Both the position numbers and the translations under genes were made by a program. DNA of 64,000 nucleotides from Candidatus Omnitrophota bacterium (lineage in GTDB: Bacteria; Omnitrophota; Gorgyraeia; Zapsychrales; Fredricksoniimonadaceae), in contig CAIOPG010000009.1 of the NCBI GenBank assembly GCA_903860135.1, positions 111,805 through 175,804 of the forward strand, read 5' to 3'. This document shows, piece by piece, positions 27,459-36,188 of this stretch; the first letter of the stretch is position 1, and each line of letters starts with the position of its first letter. The notes under the pieces are model-generated. The model made no database searches, was not told the origin of the DNA, and was given only the letters and a program-made list of their open reading frames with translations.

Positions 27459-29391
27459 GCATGATTTCCTTAAGGTTAAAGATCAACGCATCGATCTCTT
27501 CGGCAGTGGTCCATTTGCTCAAACTTATGCGCATAGCCTGCAGGGCCTCATCAAGGGAACGACCCATCGCCAATAAAACACTGCTGGGGATCAAGACGCG
27601 CGAAGAACAAGCCGCTCCTGTAGCAATATAGATCCCGCGCTGATTTAATTGCGTGACAATATCTTTACCACTTCTATTCTTGAAGGAAATATTTATATTA
27701 TTGCAAAGTCTGTTATGGGCAGGACCATTCAATTGTGCACTATCAAAATCTTGCGTTAAACGTGAAATACAGTAATCCCGCAACTGTGCGATTTGACTGA
27801 TGTGTTCTTCCTGCGCGATATCAACAGCTTTCCCAAATCCCGCAATGCCATGGACATTATATGTACCCGAACGTAAATCTTGTTCCTGACCACCCCCATG
27901 CAAAAGCGGTGCCATGGAGATCCCTTTACGAACATATAATGCACCGACACCGCCCGGGCCATAGATTTTATGGGCACTAAGACTGACCATATCCAATTTT
28001 TGTTGTTGAACATTCAATTCAACTTTGGTGAAACTCTGGCACGCATCAACATGAAAGGCTACACCATTCTGGCGGCAAATTTCTCCAATAGCGGCAACAG
28101 GTTCAATGGTCCCAATCTCATTATTGGCATGCATGATCGAAACAAGGATCGTATCTTTCCTTATCAATCGAAGAACTTCGTCAGGATCAATAAAGCCCTC
28201 AGCGTTGACGCCAACGACTGAAATATTAAATCCAAAATTCTTTAACCATACCGCAGGCGCCATAACACTGGGATGTTCTATCGCGGAAATTATAATGTGC
28301 CTTCCCTCGCCTTGATGAGCAAAAGCAAATCCTTTAATGGCAAAATTATTAGATTCAGTACCGCCAGATGTAAAAATAACTTCGTCCGGCTCGGCATTGA
28401 TCCTTTTGGCAATCTCGGTACGCACATCCTCAATAATTTTCTTTCCTTGTATGCCGCGTTCATGCGACGCAGAGGCATTACCAACATACACTTGCTGTAA
28501 ATGCGCCATGACTTTAATAACTTCCGGGTCAAGTTTGGTCGTCGCATTATTATCAAAATAAATCGACGTCGGCACTGTCAATTGCACCTGTTTTCTTGTC
28601 AGTGAATGACGCAAAGAAGAAAATCTTTGTGTATCATGAGCAAAGAACTTATCAGATATATAATTCAAATAACCATATTTCAAGGTACAACAACCACCTT
28701 GTTCCTTAAAAATAACTTTTAACGGCAATCGCAATAAATTAAAGACAAGGCTCATCAGACACGACGGTTGCGTGCTTCTATACTGACTATATAACCCCTT
28801 ACCTAATTCTATGCCCAAACTTTTTAGAAAGACAACCCTGTTTTCCGTAGAATCCTTGTATAAACCTATAAATCTTAATAAAGAAATAATTTTATTATTA
28901 TTTAACGAATGTACGGATTCATCGTAATAATTTGGCGCGACTATCATTATTCCGTAAGTTTTATAAATTTCAGCCAACAATCCTTTTACATCTTTATGCT
29001 GCTCTAAAGCATGGGAATCATAGAAATTGCTTCCATCAAGGACACAGTCAATCCCCTGCGCTTTACAATATTTGATTGTATACATATGCATGGCACACTT
29101 GCAACCCAAACACCAGGAATAAAGGAATTTATATTTTAAATTATCCAATACACACCGTAAAGGGCCGCCTCTACTGGAGGTAATAAATTTTCGTATATCT
29201 ATGATGTGATGTTCAAGCTTATGACCGTATATTCTTTGTAATTGTAGAAAACTTCGAGATGAAAATTTTTCATTGATCATACCCGGGACAAGGTAAGTGA
29301 TCAGGACGAGTTTGTCATATTTATCGACACTCTTAACCACCGTATATGTTGAATCAACACCTCCGGAAAACAATACAACCGCAGTATTCAT
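27451..29391 (-). CDS. Fusion protein: N-terminal PP-loop ATP pyrophosphatase (QueC/TtcA/ThiI-like, SGGxDS) + C-terminal class-V aminotransferase-fold cysteine desulfurase (NifS/IscS-like)
   Basis: The N-terminus has VVLFSGGVDSTY and a CLGCKC cysteine motif. The C-terminal ~380 aa have IFTSGGTESNN, the AHKIYGPGGVGALYVR PLP-lysine region, and a catalytic-Cys-loop-like ATGAACSS. Confidence 0.75.
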   Translation of the reverse strand: MNTAVVLFSGGVDSTYTVVKSVDKYDKLVLITYLVPGMINEKFSSRSFLQLQRIYGHKLEHHIIDIRKFITSSRGGPLRCVLDNLKYKFLYSWCLGCKCAMHMYTIKYCKAQGIDCVLDGSNFYDSHALEQHKDVKGLLAEIYKTYGIMIVAPNYYDESVHSLNNNKIISLLRFIGLYKDSTENRVVFLKSLGIELGKGLYSQYRSTQPSCLMSLVFNLLRLPLKVIFKEQGGCCTLKYGYLNYISDKFFAHDTQRFSSLRHSLTRKQVQLTVPTSIYFDNNATTKLDPEVIKVMAHLQQVYVGNASASHERGIQGKKIIEDVRTEIAKRINAEPDEVIFTSGGTESNNFAIKGFAFAHQGEGRHIIISAIEHPSVMAPAVWLKNFGFNISVVGVNAEGFIDPDEVLRLIRKDTILVSIMHANNEIGTIEPVAAIGEICRQNGVAFHVDACQSFTKVELNVQQQKLDMVSLSAHKIYGPGGVGALYVRKGISMAPLLHGGGQEQDLRSGTYNVHGIAGFGKAVDIAQEEHISQIAQLRDYCISRLTQDFDSAQLNGPAHNRLCNNINISFKNRSGKDIVTQLNQRGIYIATGAACSSRVLIPSSVLLAMGRSLDEALQAMRISLSKWTTAEEIDALIFNLKEIMHD

Positions 29392-29437
29392 ATTGACTCC
29401 CTGTCAATTTGTAAAATACGGCATTTAAGTATGAAAT

Positions 29438-30358
29438 TCACAAAATATTCCTGATAAAATATGTTTTCTTTTTCTCATAATAGATACGCATGGTTATTTC
29501 AGCAATAAGACCCATCAGGATCAACTGCAACCCAATAATCGAAAACATAACAAAAAGAAACAATAATGGACTAACCCATATGCCATTATAAAATACTTTC
29601 CTTATAATAATGATTAAACCAACACAGAAAGAAAGAAATATCAAAGAAATACCGCATCCTCCAAAAATATACATAGGCTTATTCAAATAATTATTAATGA
29701 ATTCTGCGACAAAGAAATCCAGGATCAATCGAAAAACACGCGACAACCCATATTTCGACTTTCCTGCAATACGTTTGCGATGCGACACAGCTATTTCAGC
29801 GACTAACCCACCTTGCCTGGCGACATAAATCACCATAAGGCGATGCATTTCACTATATAAACGAAAACGTTCAAATACAACCTTGCGATAGGCTTTAAGC
29901 GTACACCCCACATCATGCAATTTTATACCGGTGATTTTAGAAATTAATAAATTTGCCAGGTAGGAAGGTACCTTTCGGATAAGGAAGGGGTCTTGTCGGC
30001 TCTTGCGCCAGCCACTCACAACATCAAAACCTTCTTCAAGTTTAGCCAATAAGGATGGTATATCTTTGGGATCATTTTGAAGATCGGCATCAAAGAATAC
30101 CAGAACCTCACCTGAAGCATGATCGATGCCGGCCTGCATCGCTTCTGTCTGGCCAAAATGACGCGTAAATTCTATAACACGAATATGAGAATAATCAGTT
30201 CTAATTTGTTTTAATACCGATAAACTATGATCAACACTCCCATCATCAACATAAATGATCTCATACGGCCCTATCATCTTCAAGGCATTAACGATTTCCT
30301 CTTGCAAGACGGGCAAATTAGCTTCTTCATTATAAACAGGGATAATAATTGAAATCAT
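29438..30358 (-). CDS. GT2 polyprenyl-phosphate sugar synthase (DPM1/ArnC/GtrB-like) with C-terminal TM helices
   Basis: It has IIIPVYNEEANLP and YEIIYVDDGSVDHS, plus a C-terminal hydrophobic pair. Confidence 0.8.
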   Translation of the reverse strand: MISIIIPVYNEEANLPVLQEEIVNALKMIGPYEIIYVDDGSVDHSLSVLKQIRTDYSHIRVIEFTRHFGQTEAMQAGIDHASGEVLVFFDADLQNDPKDIPSLLAKLEEGFDVVSGWRKSRQDPFLIRKVPSYLANLLISKITGIKLHDVGCTLKAYRKVVFERFRLYSEMHRLMVIYVARQGGLVAEIAVSHRKRIAGKSKYGLSRVFRLILDFFVAEFINNYLNKPMYIFGGCGISLIFLSFCVGLIIIIRKVFYNGIWVSPLLFLFVMFSIIGLQLILMGLIAEITMRIYYEKKKTYFIRNIL

Positions 30359-31518
30359 AGTGTGTATACCTTTTCAAGACGCTTCACAAGGTTGCGCCAG
30401 TTATATGTATCCTCCGCTCGTTTTCGTGCAGCCATAGACATTTGATAACGTAGTTCAGGATTAACCGCCAGCTTCAGGATCCCCTTTGCCATTTCACCAG
30501 GGCTTCCTGGGTGAACCAGTAAACCGGCCTCACCCAACATATTTCTGACTTCGCCCACATCACTGGCTACGATCGGCTTTCCAGCTGCCATATACTCAGC
30601 GATCTTCAATGGGCTTTTACAACGCGTGACTTTATTGTCTTCAAAAGGAGCCACACAAATATCAGCCGCAGCAATATATTCAGGAATATCAATATAGGGG
30701 ATAAAATCAGTAAAAAGAACTTTATCCTCAAGACAAAGTTCAATGGCATTTGCACGCAAGGCTTCAAGCTCTGAACCACTGCCGGCGATCATAAGTTTTA
30801 TGGTCAAATTGACATTTTCTTGCTCAATAAGCTTAAAGACCTGTAAAAGGATCTTTACATATTGGCAAGAATGCAACTGGCCATGATAAAAAACAACAAT
30901 GGAATCGCAAAGATCATGCTTCTGGCGGATATTTTCAGCCTTACGGCCGAAATGAAAGCGTGTTAGATCTGCGCCAACGGGGATCAAAACTACTTTTCTT
31001 TCATTAGCTCCCCGCTTGACAGCTAACTTCCTCAATAACTCACTCGATACACTAACACTATCCGCGAGGAAAGGGAGTGTATGTTCCATTAAAAAAAATG
31101 AAAACCATACTAAGATCGATGTGGGTGACCTTTGGGGGATAGCGCATTCAAATATCTTTTCTTCCCTATCATCCCAGTCATAATGAAGTGGTTTGCAGGC
31201 CATCAATGCCGCTAGAATTGCCGGGATCGAAGCGTAAAAATGCGCTTTCTGAAGATGAATGATATCTACTGTACGCGCAAATTTATAAAGCACCGCCGTA
31301 TTCTTGATGAATGACCTTATAGAAATCTTTCTGTTGAGAGGAATAATATAAACACCGCGAATGGTGTCACGGTAATGCATTTTCATAGGAAAGTATGCCA
31401 AAGTAACCGTGTGATCATGATAAACCAGTTCTTCGGCGAATTTCTTAATACGGATCGTCCATGGTTCCATGGGCGAATATAAATCATGAGGATGGATCAT
31501 TAAAACTTTCATCATCAA
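30355..31518 (-). CDS. Glycosyltransferase family 4 (GT-B)
   Basis: The C-terminal GT4 signature EGFGLPLLEAM is present as a variant (SPLKIAEYMAAGKPIVASDVGEV). Confidence 0.75.
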   Translation of the reverse strand: MMMKVLMIHPHDLYSPMEPWTIRIKKFAEELVYHDHTVTLAYFPMKMHYRDTIRGVYIIPLNRKISIRSFIKNTAVLYKFARTVDIIHLQKAHFYASIPAILAALMACKPLHYDWDDREEKIFECAIPQRSPTSILVWFSFFLMEHTLPFLADSVSVSSELLRKLAVKRGANERKVVLIPVGADLTRFHFGRKAENIRQKHDLCDSIVVFYHGQLHSCQYVKILLQVFKLIEQENVNLTIKLMIAGSGSELEALRANAIELCLEDKVLFTDFIPYIDIPEYIAAADICVAPFEDNKVTRCKSPLKIAEYMAAGKPIVASDVGEVRNMLGEAGLLVHPGSPGEMAKGILKLAVNPELRYQMSMAARKRAEDTYNWRNLVKRLEKVYTL

Positions 31519-33158
31519 CCACCTGGAAAAACAATGGTTTTACGGAAGAACTTTATCGTTTGTAAACAACCAGTAAGAAAGAAATGATACCCGGCTAATA
31601 AAAATATTAGCGGGAGAAACAGTAACCGTCTGAAAAATATACGCCGGGAAGCTTTTATGATATGCGTATTATTTTGTAATATTCTCTGGGCATTCAGTGG
31701 ACTTTCTCCGTCATAAATACCGATAAAATTCGTCTGTATACTTAATCCGCGCAAGAATTCGTAGATCTCTTTTATGCGCTGTTTTCTAATGAAAGGCGTA
31801 TTCTTGCCATCTAATGTTTCCCATGCTTCACACGCATCTTTCCCAGGCGGACAAACAATGCTGAATTTCTCGGGGAATATTTCAAGGTCGGTCAAAGCAG
31901 TAATATGGCATGGATTAAGGCTAGACACGGTATCCAGATGATCACGAATTTCTTCCAGATTTTTCTTTGTAAGCTGGAAATCCTGTTCTGTTTCGCCAGG
32001 AAAGCCTATGATCAGATTGATCCATGTATTGATACCGGCTTTTTTTGTGTTTTCTAAAACCACGTTGATATCAGCAAAACAGAATGGTTTCCCCATCATC
32101 TTCAGTACATTGTCAGACAAACTCTCAACACCATAAATGATGGTTGTCATGCCAGCCTGTTTTAATTTACGCAACAAGGCGGGCTTCATGTCTGTCCGAA
32201 CAATGCCCTGGGCCGTCCAATGAATAGTTAAGCCTGCGGCCATAATAAGATCTGCCAATTCGTCGAGGACATTCAGGTTCCCATTAAATAATAAATCATT
32301 ACAACGAAAAGTCTTCTTGCCTAAATGATCGCGCACTGTTTTCATCTCTTCAAAAATATTTTTTGCCGAACGGAAACGAAAACGAGCATCCCACATCCGC
32401 CAATCATTACAAAAAGTACAGCGATTGACACACCCCCGGCTGAATAGAATAGGCATTTCTCCCTGGACATCATACTTCTTTAATGGGAATTTATGCCAGG
32501 CAGGAAATGGGAGTGTATCAAGATTGGAGATACAGGGGGCTTGCTCGATCTTGCCATAATTCCCTGTAACCACAGGAACAATACCCGCACGTTTAACTGG
32601 ACGATTGGCAATACATGCAGAAACTATTTCAAAGAAAGATTCCTCCCCTTCTCCGGCAACGATAAAATCAACAACGCCCTCAGGCAGTAATGATGCCGCA
32701 TGATGGTTGGAGGTCAAAAAACGAAAAGGCATAGGATTTTCATGCAAAAAGCAGCACGAAGAACCGCCAAAAACAATACGGATATTCTGTGCCTTCTCGC
32801 GTAAAGCTTTAGCCATTTCAATCGAAAAAAGAATATTAGCCCCATGGAGCGAAAACCCTACAATCTTAAATTTCTTATCAATAATATTCTGAACGGCTGA
32901 CTGAATAGCCGTCGAAAACTTTTCTTTGATAAATGGGAACATATTTTCTTGAGACCAAAGATGAAAGTTCTCCATCTGCCATAATCGGCGGTCTTCTGTG
33001 CCGGCAGAAGAATACAATGAAATATTTAGATCCATCACATCGCACAAAATGCCTTTATGCTCAAGATACGCGGCAATATAAGCAATGCCGATGGGCGGAA
33101 GACATGTTCCCCACATAGGACAGATCACCAGCAGAACATCTCTGGATAACGGCATCAT
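31515..33158 (-). CDS. B12-binding (class B) radical SAM enzyme
   Basis: It has FSRGCVNRCTFCND plus an N-terminal B12-binding-like domain. Confidence 0.8.
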   Translation of the reverse strand: MMPLSRDVLLVICPMWGTCLPPIGIAYIAAYLEHKGILCDVMDLNISLYSSAGTEDRRLWQMENFHLWSQENMFPFIKEKFSTAIQSAVQNIIDKKFKIVGFSLHGANILFSIEMAKALREKAQNIRIVFGGSSCCFLHENPMPFRFLTSNHHAASLLPEGVVDFIVAGEGEESFFEIVSACIANRPVKRAGIVPVVTGNYGKIEQAPCISNLDTLPFPAWHKFPLKKYDVQGEMPILFSRGCVNRCTFCNDWRMWDARFRFRSAKNIFEEMKTVRDHLGKKTFRCNDLLFNGNLNVLDELADLIMAAGLTIHWTAQGIVRTDMKPALLRKLKQAGMTTIIYGVESLSDNVLKMMGKPFCFADINVVLENTKKAGINTWINLIIGFPGETEQDFQLTKKNLEEIRDHLDTVSSLNPCHITALTDLEIFPEKFSIVCPPGKDACEAWETLDGKNTPFIRKQRIKEIYEFLRGLSIQTNFIGIYDGESPLNAQRILQNNTHIIKASRRIFFRRLLFLPLIFLLAGYHFFLTGCLQTIKFFRKTIVFPGG

Positions 33159-35893
33159 TATTTCACCATTCTGGCTATGCTTTTGAATAAAAACTTCTGA
33201 AAAGGAGATAATGATTTAAGGTGTTGTTTGACGATCATATTCCTGCCGATATCATCACAGCTTTTATAACAACCCGTCTTACAGTTTTCATCATTACCAA
33301 TGAAATTAAAGAAATTATCATCTTTGTTGGAACTTAATGCTTTTTGACGGAATTCACATTGTTGTTGAGAATTCCATATCTCATGAAAAGAATGCTTGTA
33401 TATGTTACCTACAGGCATACGATGCGCTTTTAAACAAAAGTTAACATCCCCATCGGACATGATCCGGCTGAAAACCCATCCCACATAACATGGAGAATCC
33501 GCAAGCAAACCACTATCATATTGAGCATCCTCAGCTCCTGAATCAGAAATTCGACGCATAAAATGCTCAAGGTTACTCACGATGACCCGTAATGTCTTGG
33601 CTTGAATACGACGGCACTGTTCAAGAACAGCTTCGCGCTGGTCTTTATTTAGGATTAAACTATCGGTAGCATCAGGGATCGTATCAACAACAGTAAATTC
33701 AACACACTCGGATCGCGTCTGCTCGGCAAAATCAACCATTTGTTCAACTTCCATAAAATTCAAGTTAGAAATCACATTATAAATCTTTACACGCGGGCCA
33801 CGATGCTTTTTAAGTGAATTAAGCATTGTTAACGTGGACTTTAAACGATAAAAGGTTGCTTCGTCTTTGTTGGGATGGGTCAGTACATACGTTTGTGGCG
33901 TAGCCGCCCATATGCTGACAGTCATCTCGTCCAAACCCATATAAATAAGCCGCCTCACGACGATCTCATTGACAAGGGTAAAATTGGTATTGACACAACA
34001 GTGCATCCCTCTATGTTTGGCATGTCCGAGGATTTGGAGTATATCCGGATGCATAAATGGTTCACCACCACCAGAGAAAAACAACTCACGGGTGCCCAGC
34101 TGAGCCAATTCATCAATAATGCTTTCGGCAAGATATAAGGGGATAGTCTTGTGACGCCGGGCCCCGGTATACTGACGATCACGCAATAACGGGGAATTAC
34201 ACCAACAACTGACACAATTATTATTGCACTTACTGGTTAGATCAATCTGAACGCAATCTGGCCCCTTGAAAGCACGTGAGCCGTGGTATATCCCCAGAAT
34301 ATTAAGTATATTCTTTTTTATTTTCTTTAATATTACTTCCTTCGTACGCCAGAATGTTTTCAAATGAATGCCCATGGCTTTAACTTTGATGCGCACGCGT
34401 GATACAGCGCTTGAAACACCTAGAACACCATGTACACGAATATACACAAACAATCGTCTCAGCATCTTGTAAAGATCTTGGTGCATCCAATGGCCTTGCC
34501 ACTTATTCAAATATTCTTGGAACGAAGATAACTGTCGAGGCCTTGTTTTGTACACATGCGCCAGCCATATCGTATCCGCCGTTCTCTTGGCTTTCTGGAG
34601 ATCAGTAGCACTCATATGTTCGGTCCTGAGCATCGAACGCGCATTGCCGTCGTAATCGTTCAAATTACGCGAAACCACAAAACCTTTTTGCAATAGTTCG
34701 TCGAAATAACTCGTGCCAGGAAAAGCCGTGTTTATCGAAAATTGTAACGAATCAGGATCGAGCGATAATGCCAGGTCAATGGTTTTCTTTACTGTCTGAC
34801 GGGTTTCTCCGGGCAGACCAAAAGAAAATGTCAAATGAGTCTTTATGCCTATGGCTTTTGTAAAACGGATCATTCTTTCTGCCTTGACAATATCCAGTCC
34901 TTTGTTGATATTATCAAGAAGTTGCTGGTCAGCCGATTCGACTCCATATTTGATCGCCTCAAGTCCCGCCGCGCGTAAGGCCAGAAGGATATCTTCATCC
35001 ATGATATCGGCACGCGCCATCATGGCCCAGGGAACATTTAATCCCCGGCGCAGGATTTCTTTTGAGAATTCCATCATTCTCAATTTCCCGATATTAGCTG
35101 TGTCATCGTCGAAGTAAATCGACTTAAATCCCTTTTGACGGACAAGAAATTCCATCTCGTCAACGACATCCTTGATGCTGCGCGTCCGGTATCGACGTGT
35201 GCCATACATCAACTGGGGCCAGACACAGAAAGAGCAATGATAGGGACAGCCTCGTGATGCCCACATCTGCACACTGGGCAACGGTATGCCTCCAGGCGTA
35301 TCATTATATTTATGCATGGGCAAACCATCGCGCGCAGGCCATGGCAGATCATCAAGATGCTCAAGTAATGGACGCACCGGATTGATCATGACATGAGCTT
35401 TATCGCGCCAGATCAACCCTAAAACACCTGTCCCGTCTTTCTTGGTAGAAAGCCTGCGAACAAGTTCAAGCAATGTAATTTCATACTCACCTTGCAGGAC
35501 ATAATTTATACGGGGATTTCTTTCAAGAAAACCAGTGGTACGAATATTTATTTCCGGGCCACATAACGCTACCGGCAAGTCCTTGGGAATACGATTAAGA
35601 ATATGGAGGTCATTGTCGAGAGATGGCGCGGATGTCTCACCTACCAATAGATCCCATCCGCCGGAAACAACCGTTTGGATGAATTTAGCGACAGGCATTT
35701 CATCAGCTAAAGCATCCAGAACTGTAACCTCAAAACCTTGTTGCTTCAAAAGAGCTGCGGCATACGCCATGAAAAAAGGGTATGGCAAATATTTTTTTTC
35801 TTCGGCTGTCTTGATGTGCGGCCAACGAGATCCAGCCCGCACGCCCCAGTAACGCCCTTTTTTCCAAGGGAAGTTGGCCAAAAGGATTTTCAT
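33158..35893 (-). CDS. Double radical-SAM fusion: B12-binding rSAM domain + second rSAM domain with a SPASM-like Cys cluster
   Basis: The N-terminal half has ASRGCPYHCSFCVW. The C-terminal half has LTSKCNNNCVSCWC, FSGGGEPFM and a terminal cysteine cluster. The C-terminal half is homologous to the 23116..24222 protein. Confidence 0.8.
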   Translation of the reverse strand: MKILLANFPWKKGRYWGVRAGSRWPHIKTAEEKKYLPYPFFMAYAAALLKQQGFEVTVLDALADEMPVAKFIQTVVSGGWDLLVGETSAPSLDNDLHILNRIPKDLPVALCGPEINIRTTGFLERNPRINYVLQGEYEITLLELVRRLSTKKDGTGVLGLIWRDKAHVMINPVRPLLEHLDDLPWPARDGLPMHKYNDTPGGIPLPSVQMWASRGCPYHCSFCVWPQLMYGTRRYRTRSIKDVVDEMEFLVRQKGFKSIYFDDDTANIGKLRMMEFSKEILRRGLNVPWAMMARADIMDEDILLALRAAGLEAIKYGVESADQQLLDNINKGLDIVKAERMIRFTKAIGIKTHLTFSFGLPGETRQTVKKTIDLALSLDPDSLQFSINTAFPGTSYFDELLQKGFVVSRNLNDYDGNARSMLRTEHMSATDLQKAKRTADTIWLAHVYKTRPRQLSSFQEYLNKWQGHWMHQDLYKMLRRLFVYIRVHGVLGVSSAVSRVRIKVKAMGIHLKTFWRTKEVILKKIKKNILNILGIYHGSRAFKGPDCVQIDLTSKCNNNCVSCWCNSPLLRDRQYTGARRHKTIPLYLAESIIDELAQLGTRELFFSGGGEPFMHPDILQILGHAKHRGMHCCVNTNFTLVNEIVVRRLIYMGLDEMTVSIWAATPQTYVLTHPNKDEATFYRLKSTLTMLNSLKKHRGPRVKIYNVISNLNFMEVEQMVDFAEQTRSECVEFTVVDTIPDATDSLILNKDQREAVLEQCRRIQAKTLRVIVSNLEHFMRRISDSGAEDAQYDSGLLADSPCYVGWVFSRIMSDGDVNFCLKAHRMPVGNIYKHSFHEIWNSQQQCEFRQKALSSNKDDNFFNFIGNDENCKTGCYKSCDDIGRNMIVKQHLKSLSPFQKFLFKSIARMVK

Positions 35894-35897
35894 AAAC

Positions 35898-36188
35898 TCA
35901 CAGGCCCCTCACTTTTTGATCAACAAGATCCCTGATCTCCTGCTTTAAAGCGTTAGCATATTGTCCGGAACGTTCCATATTGGAAAGGATCCTGGCAAAG
36001 TCATGTCGAATTTCAAATATCAACTGCCCCATGATGGCCAATAGCCTTAATAAAAACCAGCTAATAAAGCTTCCAAAAACCATCAACCAGAAAGATAACA
36101 TCATCGGTGTAAAGAAAAATACGGCCATGAAGATACCTGCCGCTAAAAGGATGTGCGCGAATAATTTGATGTAACGTGTTGTTCTCAT
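35898..36188 (-). CDS. Small two-TM membrane protein
   Basis: Its start and stop abut the flanking genes and it has two hydrophobic helices. Function is unknown. Confidence 0.45.
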   Translation of the reverse strand: MRTTRYIKLFAHILLAAGIFMAVFFFTPMMLSFWLMVFGSFISWFLLRLLAIMGQLIFEIRHDFARILSNMERSGQYANALKQEIRDLVDQKVRGL

